Below are positions 39,982 through 60,900 of a stretch of DNA of 64,000 nt, piece by piece. Under the pieces are notes generated by a model. The model saw only the letters and a list, made by a program, of their open reading frames with translations. It was not told where the DNA came from and made no database searches. How positions within the stretch are numbered: position 1 is the first letter of the stretch; each line of letters starts with the position of its first letter. A program made the translations under genes and the position numbers. The DNA is from Enoplolaimus lenunculus (Eukaryota), in contig JASANG010000753.1 in the NCBI GenBank assembly GCA_030248215.1, forward strand, positions 124,001-188,000. The letters run 5' to 3'.

Positions 39982-41276
39982 TAGGGATTATAAGACGTAC
40001 GCGTGTCATATTTTATCACATCGAACACAAAATAATACAGCCTGAAAACGCATCATAGCCATGAAATATAACTTTATAACAGCTATCGCGAAAGTTGTTC
40101 ATTAGATATAATTTCACCATAATACAAAAGGCAATCCAATAGCTATGTAACTTAGGGCATTTCGTTTACATCAGAAGACGCAATATACTGCTTCTTGAAA
40201 AAAAGACATGATTGTGTAGCGGTTTGGGCATTCCAAAACGCAAAGTCATTTGTTGCAAAATTATAACACCAGTGTTACTTAGACGGGGACGTATGATTTT
40301 TTCCGTACTGGCAGATTTCACATTCATGAGGAGATATTTGTCTAGCCGCAAGCAATGGTAAACTAGACATGGTTTCTTTTTGAATACGAAGATGCTCATG
40401 TTGCCTGCCGTTAAAAACGCAACTCAACAAAGTATATGTAACCATTTTCTCAAAATTCACGAGTTGGTATATTTTACATTCTTTCGCACAGATTTTAAAC
40501 CGTAGTGAACCCAGGTTGTGTGTACCGTAACAGTTGTAACGGCTTGAAAAGCAAAACTTATACAAAAAAATTTATATACATTTTCTACAATGGGTGCAAA
40601 GCTGCAAATTCATCAAAGCTTTTAACGTTTTTAACTGTTTTCGATATCATGTCGAAAACCGGACGATTTTTGTCTCATGTTGCCACAGTCCATTATAAAA
40701 CACTACATTTTGCAGCTGCACTACAGAACAGCAGGTACGAAAAACCATTTTAATGCAGTCTGTTGCAATTCTTTTTTACACTTGACGTTTATTTTGGCAA
40801 AATGCATTTCATTGTATTTTAAGGGTTTTACGATATGGCGTAAAGGCTAGAACACCTTTCACGATCCCGCAAAAACCTTTGTAAACATATTTATAACAGT
40901 TTGGACATATTAAAAGGAATAGCCCGCCAGACAAATCCTGGATCGCGACACAAACAGTCTTATAATCCAGTATTGCGTCGCTATCATTATTCACAATTAA
41001 TCGCAAAACAACCTGATAAGAGGCATCTTTAAATGTTTATTTTTGCAAGTGACAGTCACTACATTGCGTGATTTTAATACGCTTTTGCAGTGAAATTAGC
41101 AATAGCCACAAAGGTGAAACTTTTCTACTTTCTCGAATGAGGTGTATGCAACATTTGCATCAAGGTACAACCGGATGTGAAAAATACCGGAGCCGGATAT
41201 GGAGGTCAACAAATTTTGCCGAAGCCGGAGGTGAAAAAAGTTGATGCGTGATTTTAGTAGTTAAAGCTATGTTTAA

Positions 41277-42920
41277 CCCTCAATGGCCCGACAGTCTACA
41301 TATGTAGACATAACCAGTTCGACAATTGATTGTTCGGCAGGTGCTATAGTTAAGAATCTATTGTTTAATTTCCATCGATAATTATTCTGTTATAGTAGTA
41401 TAAAAAACTTATAGCATTGTGGGAACAAAAGTTTGCTGTACAGTGAGTCATATACCTATATAACCCGACCGTCTACATATGTAGACAGATGTTGATTTGA
41501 TCATAGTTTGAGTTTTGACAAGAATTGGAACGTTTTGTTCTTACACACGGTTTTGTATGGTGAGGTAAAGTCAGGGAAATGTCAGGTTTGCATAAATTAT
41601 CTTTGACTGAGGTCGTACGACGTGTATTAGAACCAAGTGATTCAGAGACAGAAGATGACAAACCGGACGACAATAGTTCAAATGACGACTCAGAATCAGT
41701 TGAGTTAGGTCAATGCAGTAGTGAAGAGGCTGCTATTTATGAGCAAGATAGTGATGGTGAATTACAAAAACAATCGGACGCATCTAGTAGTGAGTTGAGC
41801 GATATGGACGAGACTTCTAGTGGAAGTAATGTGTTTTTGTCAGCGACGAGTGTTGAGTGGCATTCTACAACACCGCCTGTCCGTGTGTTAGCTAGAAATA
41901 TAATTCGCTTTCGCGAAGGCACTGCAGTAAACCCTACAACAGAGTCACAAGCATTTTATCTTTATATAAACGAGCCCATTTTACATACAATTCAGCGACT
42001 CACTAGTAGGCGACTGCGGGCGCGCAATTTTTCAACGCTACCAATGTGCGAGCTGAAAGCTTGGCTTGGGGTGGTAATCAGAGCTGGTGCAGATCGCGAT
42101 AACATGTCTCCAGTGGCTTCACTATTCACCAAAAACGACAGCAGGCCCTTTTACCGCTGCGCGCTGTCAAAAAACAGAATGAAACAGTTGCTGGAAAATG
42201 TAACATTCGACAACAAACTGACTCGCCGGGAGCGTCAAAAAAGTGACAAAATGGCTGCTATACGAGATGTTTGGGACCTATTTCAGTCCAACTTACGTCT
42301 TCATTATATACCGTCCGAATCACTTACAGTAGATGAACAGCTCTACGGGTATAGAGGATATGCACCGGGGCGAGCGTACATGCCGGCGAAACCTGCTAAG
42401 TACCGTTGCACAACGTATTCATTGTCATGAAACTGAACGGATATCAAAAGTCACGCAATGTTTTCATGAAAAAAGTAGCCGAACAACTAGCGCAAGACAA
42501 TATGACCAAACGTTACAGTAGTGAAAAAATTTACGCAAAATCAAAGGATTCATTTATGGCTTACGGGCTGCCTCAAAAGCGAAACGAACCTTCTACATCT
42601 GGTAAACCGACCAAATGTCAGGTCACAAGTTGTCGCAAATCTACGAGATTGAGCTGTTCGTCATGTGGAAAACGAGTGTGCAAGGACCACATGAATCGCA
42701 CCATAACGTGCAACGACTGTGCTTAACTGGACAACGCGCCCGCAGTGGGAGGCTGGACGGGGAGCGGGTGGAACTCCGCCAGAACACTAGTTCTGACTGT
42801 CTCAAGCCAGTTAAAGGAGGAGAGCACCCTGAGATAAGCCAAAACTAACGCTAGTTGTGTTGTATACATATGTAGACCGTTGGGCTGATTAAGGTGAAAA
42901 TTTTGCCGGGCCGTTGAGGG
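41277..42920 (+). mobile_element. piggyBac transposon, internally deleted (non-autonomous), 1644 bp
   Basis: TTAA TSDs at 41273-41276 and 42921-42924. TIRs CCCTCAATGGCCCGACA and TGCCGGGCCGTTGAGGG match 15/17. Subterminal palindrome GTCTACATATGTAGAC at 41294 and 41471, and at 42862 with one mismatch. Transposase remnants lie inside. Confidence 0.95.
41579..42726 (+). pseudogene. piggyBac transposase remnant: N-terminal half joined out of frame to the C-terminal Cys-rich domain
   Basis: ORF 41579-42430 has an acidic N-terminus, ELKAWLG, DKMAAIRDVW and LTVDEQL..RAYMPAKPAKY, then breaks. ORF 42406-42726 ends CQVTSCRKSTRLSCSSCGKRVCKDH..CNDC. The region that should carry the 2nd and 3rd catalytic Asp is absent. 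Confidence 0.9.
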
Positions 42921-45569
42921 TTAACTTGCTTGAATTTTAGCAAATATCCGAAAGGTGTTATAAAATTTTACGAAATATCTGCAAGTTTTTTCTCCTAATT
43001 GTACCAAACGTTAATGCGGGGTTCACGTTATTACCGGGGCAGATTGGGACACGACTTTTCCATATTAATAGCCTATTGGGTAACTTTTTGTCTGCTAACA
43101 GACCCTATATCATATTCAAAAAGTCGAGTTTGCCTGCTATCATCAGGTGTAGGTCACCTTTTGTCCTTCAATAGCATATGATATTCGACGTATTGTCAGC
43201 GAATATTATATGATATATTTCCAAATGTCTGCGTAACGTTTCCAAGTTGTATTGTTGAATATCATACTAGAATTTGAAATTTGAATTTTTGAATAAAGAC
43301 ACTGTTTTCTAATCGATTTTGTGTCGGAAATGGCTGTGCAGACGTGCATTTTGTATTTTAAGAACATCAGTGCCTCTGTTATCCGACTTTCCATTTATCC
43401 ATTAGCAACCGAACATTTACACTGTCCCGCTGAATATCATATGATATTGGTTCTAATTGTAGAATATCATATGATAATCGCATAAATGTCGGCAGTATCA
43501 GGTGTACCGTCCCTTGCACACATTGATCTTCTGAGAGCGGTGGTTTGTAAAGTTAATATCATATCACCACATATGAGTGCTCGAAGTTTAACGTTGACGA
43601 CGAAACAACATGGGACAAACCGTGTCCCGCCTGCCCCGGTTATAACGTGAATCTCAAATAAAATGTGAGACGCACCAAACAAATAATTTTTGTAAAAATA
43701 TGCAAAATTTTACTACCAAAATTGCCGGAACCTGCGGCAAAAATTCCACCATGACCGAAGGCAGACCTCCGGTTGTACGCTGATTTCCACGTCGTTGGTC
43801 AATCTGCTATTCATATTTATTTGAAAAAAATTTATACCCTTAAACTGCAATTTTGTCAGAGTAGCAGATTTACCTAGGCCATTTAGCATATATATATAAT
43901 TTGCCTGAATGAATGGCATAGACCAAAGGCATAAAATTTCTGAACCTTAAACTTTTAAACAAAGCTTTAAAATTCACGTTTATAAAGTTAAATTCGAAAC
44001 ATTTTTTTGCATTTTAAACTTTTCTACAAAACGTGGGTCTCTTAGAATATTGTATCGCCTTGGTTTTTGCTTCAATATGTATAGATAAAACATAATAATG
44101 CAACATTCACAATGCGTGTAAATTTTGAAGAGGTAGTGCCATGCGGGCACTGAAGCTTTTTTGGTTTCAGTATCCTGGACACTGAAGCTTTTTTGCTTTA
44201 CAGTATTTGGGACACCGAAGCCAAATAAACATCAGTGTAGGGATGATGAAACTTTTTGGCTCGGTGTACGCAAGATATTGTGGAACTTGCATATTTATGT
44301 AAATATTTTTCAACTGCTTCTGTAAGCCTATTGCTAGGCGATTGTGGTAGGCAAAGCTTTTTCAAACCCATTTTTCAAAGTTGTGTCGTCGAATGATTCT
44401 GTTTGTAATAGCATATACCTACCTTTCCGTCACAAAATGTTTTACATTGCAGTGAGTCGAATTTGACTCTGGCGGAGTCGAATTTGACTCAGTTTGTATA
44501 GTCTCGTAGAGCCTATTTTGGAGAGAGTCAATTTGACTCACCGCTGTTCGCAGTGTGAGTTAATGTTTACTGTTATTTAACTCAGAAATAGCCAGAAATA
44601 ACCAATTCTCCCTCTGAGTGGATTAATCAACTCACCTGAATTTGCAGTGCAGAAAGTGTTTTCAAAGATGTTGAAATGCGAAAATCGTTTGAAAAACGTT
44701 TTATTTTTGACACAAGTCTTAAAATAAAGAAGATTTAAATGTAGTAAAGTTCTAACTACTAAATTATTATTCATAACCAGCCATACGAATGGTTTGAAGA
44801 AACATGACAAACCGCTGCATCATGCTTGTTTATTTGATAGTGTGCTTGATTACCGTATTTGAAGCAAGCGCAAGTAAGTGCAAACGTTTCGCGCACAGGA
44901 AAAATTGGCTTTTCAAAACTTTACTCTCTTAATTTTTTAAGACTAAAATGTCTCGAACTTCAGTCATAGTATAGTCTTACAAATAGATCATGAAATCAGT
45001 GTCTGAAATTGTTAAAACAATAAACGTTTTATGAAATTACTATTGCCAATTTTATACAAATCACTAATCGAATTTCGCGATATTTCAGATTATTGAGCTC
45101 AGGATTCTCCCAACTTTAAGTTTGCGTCTTGGATGTATCTGTCAGGATTGGTATAAGGTTAAAGAATTTGGTTGCGCTTCAGCAGACGTATTCTAGAAAT
45201 TGATCAAAAAGTCATAATATTTCAGAAATATTTGTCTTCTTGGTGTACGAAACATTCGTCAATTTCAGACTTCTCATAAACTGTAGTGACCCGAATAAGA
45301 AGGGATCCCCATTTTGAATCCAAATCAATCGGTGTCGGTGTCCCTAATAAGAATCCGTAGCGATAGAGTCGGTATACCCTAATTAGAGACCATAAATGTA
45401 AATTATCCTTAATTGTAGTGCATAAATAATTCCAGGACGTAATAAAGTTGAGTTGGAAACTTTACAGCGTACTTAAGCTTTAAAATTACATTCCTAAGTA
45501 TGCATCGCTTAACTTTTAACACCAGGCAAATAAATTTTTAATTCAACAGAAAGTTGCGATACCGGATAT

Positions 45570-45891
45570 CAGGGTGCAACCGGAGGTGAAAAACGCCGGA
45601 GCCGGAGGATAACGAAACTTGCCGGAGCCGGAGATAGTTAATTAGTTAATTGTAGCCAATATCTGAAGTATGTTGTTACGTTCTTGGCTTTGCGATAATT
45701 TTCTGCCTATTTCGGAAATTCTTTTCTGAAAATTGCGACCAAAGCAAAACGAAACGCGCTGAACAGATAAATTTTGCAAAATTATAAAAATTTTACTACC
45801 GAAATTGTCGGAACTTTCGGCAAAAATCCTACCCCGGAACCCGAGGCCGATTTTTTACCGGAGCCGGAGGTAGACCTATGGTGGTATCCTG
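45570..45891. mobile_element. hAT-type MITE nested in the 45281-45982 element
   Basis: CAGGGTGCAACCGG left end and a degenerate right end; TSD CCGGATAT / CCGAATAT. Confidence 0.8.
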
Positions 45892-46752
45892 CCGAATATA
45901 CATCAGTAATGAAGGGCTGCCGAAATCGGGTAAAAAATAACAGTCCGTCAAATCAGTTCCGCTATTACTTGGTTCGCTACAGTATAATCAGAAACAATTC
46001 AGACCAAAGTTTTGGAAAATTTTCAGAAAGTCTGGAATTCAAGACAAATTTGTCTAACATAAATTAACACATAATTGTCTTGAATTTCGGCCCATCGGCT
46101 CGTAACCGGATAATATCCGTTTCCGTTTCAAGTGAACATCTGGTGTCGCGTGTTCATTATCCGGATTTATATTTGTTACATAATTGAGTATCAATTTTGT
46201 TGCAGTAAAAGGTCCTTTCAAACGTTTCTTTTAGACGAAATTCATGAATGCGTCGTCCAGTGCAAATCCACGTTTCGAACCACTGCCTACAGTGCGTTGT
46301 TTGGAAAACTGTCCAATTTTTGCTATGGATTTCGTGATTTTGAACACTGTATCAAAGGATGTTCAGCTGAGTTTGGCGAACAAATTTGGATTGCGTCCAT
46401 CCGCGCTGAACCACGATCATTTCGACGTATTATGAAAAATTGTCTAAATAATATGTAAAAACTGAAAGATTATTTGTGCATTGTTGGATATTATTTATGA
46501 AAGCAATGAACTACACATAAAAATTGACTTAAAATTTCAAGACTCTTACTTTCTTAAATTTTCAAAACATAAAGAACTTGTATTTCATACATTAATACCC
46601 TAAACCGCTCAGAAAACATTTCTTTAACGTTTAAAAAACATAAACGTCTTACATTCAAGAAAATTGCCGCTTTATATTATGACACAAATTTATTTCTTTC
46701 AAGAAATACTTATCTTATATTCAAGAAGTGATTTTCTGATTTTATTAAAAGG

Positions 46753-47104
46753 CAGGGTACAACCGAAGGTCTGCCTCCGGCTCCGGCAAAAAATCGGCCT
46801 CTGGCTCCGGTTGAATTTTTGCCGTAGGTTCCGGCAATTTCGGCAGTAAAATTTTGCATAATTTTATAAAATTTATCTGTTTTAGCGCGTTTCGTTTTTA
46901 ACTTTTGTTACAATTTTCCGGAAGGAATTTCTGAAATTTCGTAGAAAATTAGCGTAAAACCAAACAACCTAACAACATATTGCAGATATTGGCTAAAATT
47001 AACTAATTAACCATCATTTTAACTACCTAATTTTGCCTCCCTCCGGCTCCGGTAAGCTTCGTTGACACCCGGCTCCGGTATTTTTAAACTCCGGTTGCAC
47101 CCTG
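46753..47104. mobile_element. hAT-type MITE
   Basis: CAGGGTACAACCG ... CCGGTTGCACCCTG with a perfect 8-bp TSD TTAAAAGG (46745-46752 and 47105-47112). Confidence 0.9.
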
Positions 47105-48390
47105 TTAAAAGGGTATATAAATATATAGAATTTCAAAGATATTTCGCGTTGAGCTTAGGCTCTCCGCAACCTAAGTACGTTTATCTCTTGGACGTATCTT
47201 GGGTTGTAAAATTGGGGTAATGGGTTGAGCTTTAGCTTACAATTTTGAGGTCGGTTTCCATATCAAATCTCTGTGTTTTACCTATCTCAGAAACATTTGT
47301 CCTATGTTTCAGACATAATTGTCTTTATATATATTTCAGCAATATTTTTCATTAATATTATCGTTCATAAATCAAAGTTTTAAATTGAAGACATTTAAGT
47401 GTGAACAGATTTGAACCAATATTGTTGAAAATCTAAGAAATAACAGGCTTGAAGTCAAGACATATATGTCTGGAGTCTGTATCAAGACATATATGTCTGG
47501 AGTCTGTATCAAGATATATAATTGTCTTAAATTTCAAGAACAGGTGTAACTGTAGCATAAGCATATTCCCAAACCTAAATCTAGTTTAAACTAAAGCAAA
47601 AACTAGTCTATAAAGCTTTAAGCTTACTATTGCAATCCTGCAGAAAAATATTAAGTCCTTCATTTTTATACATGAGCCCTTTAAAGGCTGATCGATCTTG
47701 TCTACTAAACATAAACCAGGCAATAGTGAACAGGCTCCCTCGTATAAATATCTCAGGACACATGGATTAATGACAACAGCCTGTGCCATCTGTTGCCTGT
47801 TATACCAGAGTATTTAAAGACCCTGCTAGATTCAGAGCTACCAAACTATAACGAAACCGTACAAAAATGAAGCCTTGAACACGTCCCATTCGATCTTATT
47901 TCAAACTGTTTCCATCCCCGGATAAAACACGTACCGTTACGGTTAGATTAAAAGCTTCAGATTCACACCAAGTCTTATTACAATTTTGACCTGCGCGCAC
48001 GCGAATAAAATTGCTTACGCTGCATTTTTAGGTCAACTCTCGTCAACTTTCAAAATCCGCAATAAAACGACGCTTGCTGGAATACACGCAGTCGTAAACG
48101 CTCATAAACCAGTGTATAACTCAACATATATTTAAAAAATCAATCCATTACGCAGTGCAAGTCAAAATATTTATGACCAATATTACTTTGAGGACCGGGC
48201 TCATGTAAAGTTCAGGGGCGGAACATGTTTCTGTGGGACTAGAAAAGAGTAAGCTTAAAAGCTTTAGACTATTTTTTGCTTGGCTTAGGCTTAGACATAC
48301 GCTTATAATACTGCTCCACTCCTGTTCTTTACATTGGCCGAGGACAGTAACGGTAATATAGAACATTTCTGCAGGCGAAAAAGAAGTGTT

Positions 48391-48772
48391 AACTTTAAGC
48401 GTATTCTGTTATATATAGTCCCCAGAAAACACGGTCCAAACATCAAAGTAACATGAGCCATATTTACTCATTACAACCTCATACAAACAACGAAATAGTT
48501 AAATGACAAGTTTGCTAAAACTTCCAAAACCTTGATTTTAAGAATTATGTTAGATTCAGAGCGAGACACGTGTTCTCAAATTGCTCGTAAAATTAGTCTA
48601 AACTTTAAGCGTATTCTGTTATAGTACGTAAGAAAACATGGTCCGCCCATCAAGGTAACATGAGCCGTATTTATTACCTCTTTGCAACCTCATGCAATCC
48701 ACGAAATAGTTAAATGTCAAGTTTGCTAAAAGTTCCAAGCCCATGATTTTAAGGAATTGTTAAATTCAGAGC
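48391..48772. repeat. Diverged tandem duplication, 210-bp period
   Basis: AACTTTAAGCGTATTCTGTTATA at 48391 and 48601, with shared ACGAAATAGTTAAATG.CAAGTTTGCTAAAA and ATTCAGAGC. Confidence 0.85.
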
Positions 48773-48904
48773 TTACCTAGCGTCGAATCTGCCCGATATA
48801 TATCCACATAAACGTTAAACGTTTTCTGTGACTGAAAAACAATTGTAAAACAAAAAATTCTAATTATTCTAAGTCATTATATCATTTCGCATAACCCATA
48901 TAAC

Positions 48905-57948
<9,044 letters not shown>

Positions 57949-58084
57949 TTTAAATTCTACTAAATATGACTACGTAATATTATAATTTTTCGGAACAGAT
58001 GAAAACGCTATTCACACGTGCAAGTTTTACAGCAAAAACTTGTAAGTGCAACTGGCATGTACAATGTCAGAACTGCGCGTTTGG

Positions 58085-58662
58085 GACGGCCCCTTTCTCC
58101 GAAGTACTACGAATATACATGGGTTTTCCGCTAATTTCTCCGAAATATATGGCCGCGTCAGGAACCGAACCTCGGACTTCGCGCTCGCGAATCAAACGCG
58201 CTATGTACCCATTACAGCACACGGCCATTATAATTTTCTCAAGTACTGTATGTGCGCGTGTATACATGTCTTACATTACATACACTATGCACATTCACAT
58301 GTTACATCACATATACCAACATTCCCATCCCACTTCTTGTGGCGGTGGTCGCGGAACGCGAATCCAAACTTCGCCGAATCCATGGGCTTGCTATTTACTG
58401 CGCCAGTCTCGATGGGATCTCTATGTCAGAAGGGTACGGTCGGAGCGACAACTTTCTTTCAAATACGGAATAATACATGGGTTTCCTACCTTAATTTCTC
58501 CGACAACATATGGCCACGCCGGGAATCGAACATCGGACCTCTCATGAGTTAAGCGCGCTACCCATTACCGGCCGATATTATAATATTCTCAAGTACTGTA
58601 TGTGCACGTGTATACATGTCTTACATTACATACACTATGCACTGTTACATCACATACCAACA
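58085..58662 (-). mobile_element. Two tandem tRNA-headed SINE-like units with duplicated flank, just upstream of the mtHsp70 start
   Basis: Minus-strand heads GGCCGTG..GGTTCGGTTCCTGACGCGGCC (about 58226-58151) and GGCCGG..TGTTCGATTCCCGGCGTGGCC (about 58573-58512). Region 58115-58323 aligns with 58473-58662. The body ends CCACAAGAAGTGGGATGGG. Confidence 0.55.
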
Positions 58663-60900
58663 TATGCCACTGTTCAAAAGCAGGAACAGGAATTCGTTTT
58701 TTCACTGGAATGTCAGTCTAGGTAGGAACCGGGACTTCAGACCTTTATGATTTAAAAAGGCAGACGCTCTACCACGGCACCACGCAGCCCGCCTCTTCAA
58801 CTGCTTTTATGTTGACCGTATGCTGCAAGCAAGCATACTATACAATGTGCTTTGCATATATTACATATACATCAGAACAAGCATGCCTCACATGCTTGCA
58901 GGCAGGTGCAAAGCGGAACTCGACTATACCGCAGTCAGATCGTAAGCGGAGCAGCAAATTTATATCGGTATCGGAACTACAAGATTTGTGACTATTCGGA
59001 TAATTTGTATTAACAAGTATAGTATTGATTTAAAATGTCTCTTGGCTGGCAACAAGTCTCAAACACGTCGCATGTACAAATTGGCAATAATTCTTTGACT
59101 CTGGCAAATATTCACTGGAATTCATACTATTAAATTTCATTCGCACGTATGAACACATGCATTCGCTTGAACTTCTAATAAACATCGACAAAATGATGTA
59201 ATCAATTGGAACTAGCTACGAAACGACAGGATGCAAACTGTGCGAAAAGAAAAACAGGCACTTTTCAGCTTTAAGCACTAAGGAAAGTACTAGACGGGCA
59301 CTGCGTTTCTCGCAAAAGCTTGCGCAACCAGGTTGCACAAAAACTTTTGCGTTTAAATTGGGTTTTGCATGTTTTTAAAAACATTAATTGGTCAAGCAGC
59401 TGCATAGTAAAGCACAAAATTTCGTAATTTTGGCGACTGTAAGGAACAGGGGCGGAACAGTATTATACACATATTCCTAAGCGTAATCCTAAGCCTAAGC
59501 GAAGCAAAGAAATAGTCTAAAGCTTACTCTTTTCTAGTCCCACAGAAAAACGTTCCGCCTCTAATACTTATATGGGTCGTAATTTTCAACTGCACATACC
59601 CACAGGTCATCCACTTCATTTTTATGAAATATACGGGCAGCGCGACGAGAAACTACAACACAGTGTATTATAGTTTTTGTTTTATTTTGCAAAAAACAAC
59701 GTGACACCAAACATTATTAATTGCTCTCTAAAAAGCGCCAATAAACTCAGATCAGTTCGATGTTACCGTCGTACGGTGATTGTAAATTCATGCAAAGAAT
59801 GCGTTGTTGACTTTTCCGGGTTTCCCCTCTTTAGCGGTTACACTTTATTGTCTGATTCAGAAAATGGACCTTCAACTCCAGTAGAATTTTTGGCAAAGGT
59901 TCCCGTAATTTTGGTAGTGACGTATATTTGTAAAAGGCTAAACCTTCCATTGACTTTCTCACATACTTCGACGCAATTATGGAACCTTTTCATCATCCGA
60001 AATTTTCCATAAACAATGCTTGAATCCAAATTCTTGCCAACACTATGAAATGTTTTAAAGCAGCAAAATTATATGTGGACCGGTGGCTCTGGCTTTATCA
60101 CCTACGGTTGCTCCTTCCAAAGTTTTAGTTGCTGTTTTAACTCGGTTTCGACGGAACTACTGAACTGTTTAATAAAACAACTTTCACGGAAGACACAAGA
60201 GTGTATAGCAAATATTAACAAATCAATATTTTCAACGAGCTCCAATCGACTTCAACCTGTTGAAACATTAACATTTCGATGTTGAATTGTCAATAGTATT
60301 TTGTTTTCGAGATGAAACTTTATCAAAGTACATTATTAAAATCGGTTTATTTGAATTTTTTAACCCTTTTGTACTGACACGTGGAAAATTTTGCAAGATT
60401 GTTTGGGATAACAATAATATAATAAGCTATAATTGAATACAGAAATAACAAATAAAAATGTGAATTTAAACTAAATACATATTTTTGGTTACGCTTGCCT
60501 TTCCAATTTCAAGTTCTGACAAATGACTCTACCGTATACGGTAACCGGACTCGAAACTCCAGATTGTAAACACAAAAAATCAATCCCAAATCCGATGCTA
60601 CCCGTATTTCACAAAACATTTCAAAGTTTGCTACTAATTCAAAACAATTGCGATTTATGTGCCACAGGAAACATGCCGACCCAAAGTATCGCTGAGTGAG
60701 GCTCAACAAAACCTACCCAAAAGTACAACTAATCTCGTTTTCGAGATTCAGAGTTTACTGTCATGTGATTTAGGTCTGATTTCACGAAGATGATATTTAA
60801 ATAGAGACAAGTTTAATTTGACTCGTGTTGAGTTTGCATAGACCAAATTCATTTCGCTCGAAAATCTTGTTTTCACTTATTCACTAAATTACTAAAACAA

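Noticed and set aside
41579..42726. Domesticated PGBD gene or programmed frameshift between the two transposase ORFs
   Set aside because: TIRs and TSDs are retained and the catalytic core is missing at the junction, which indicates a deletion.
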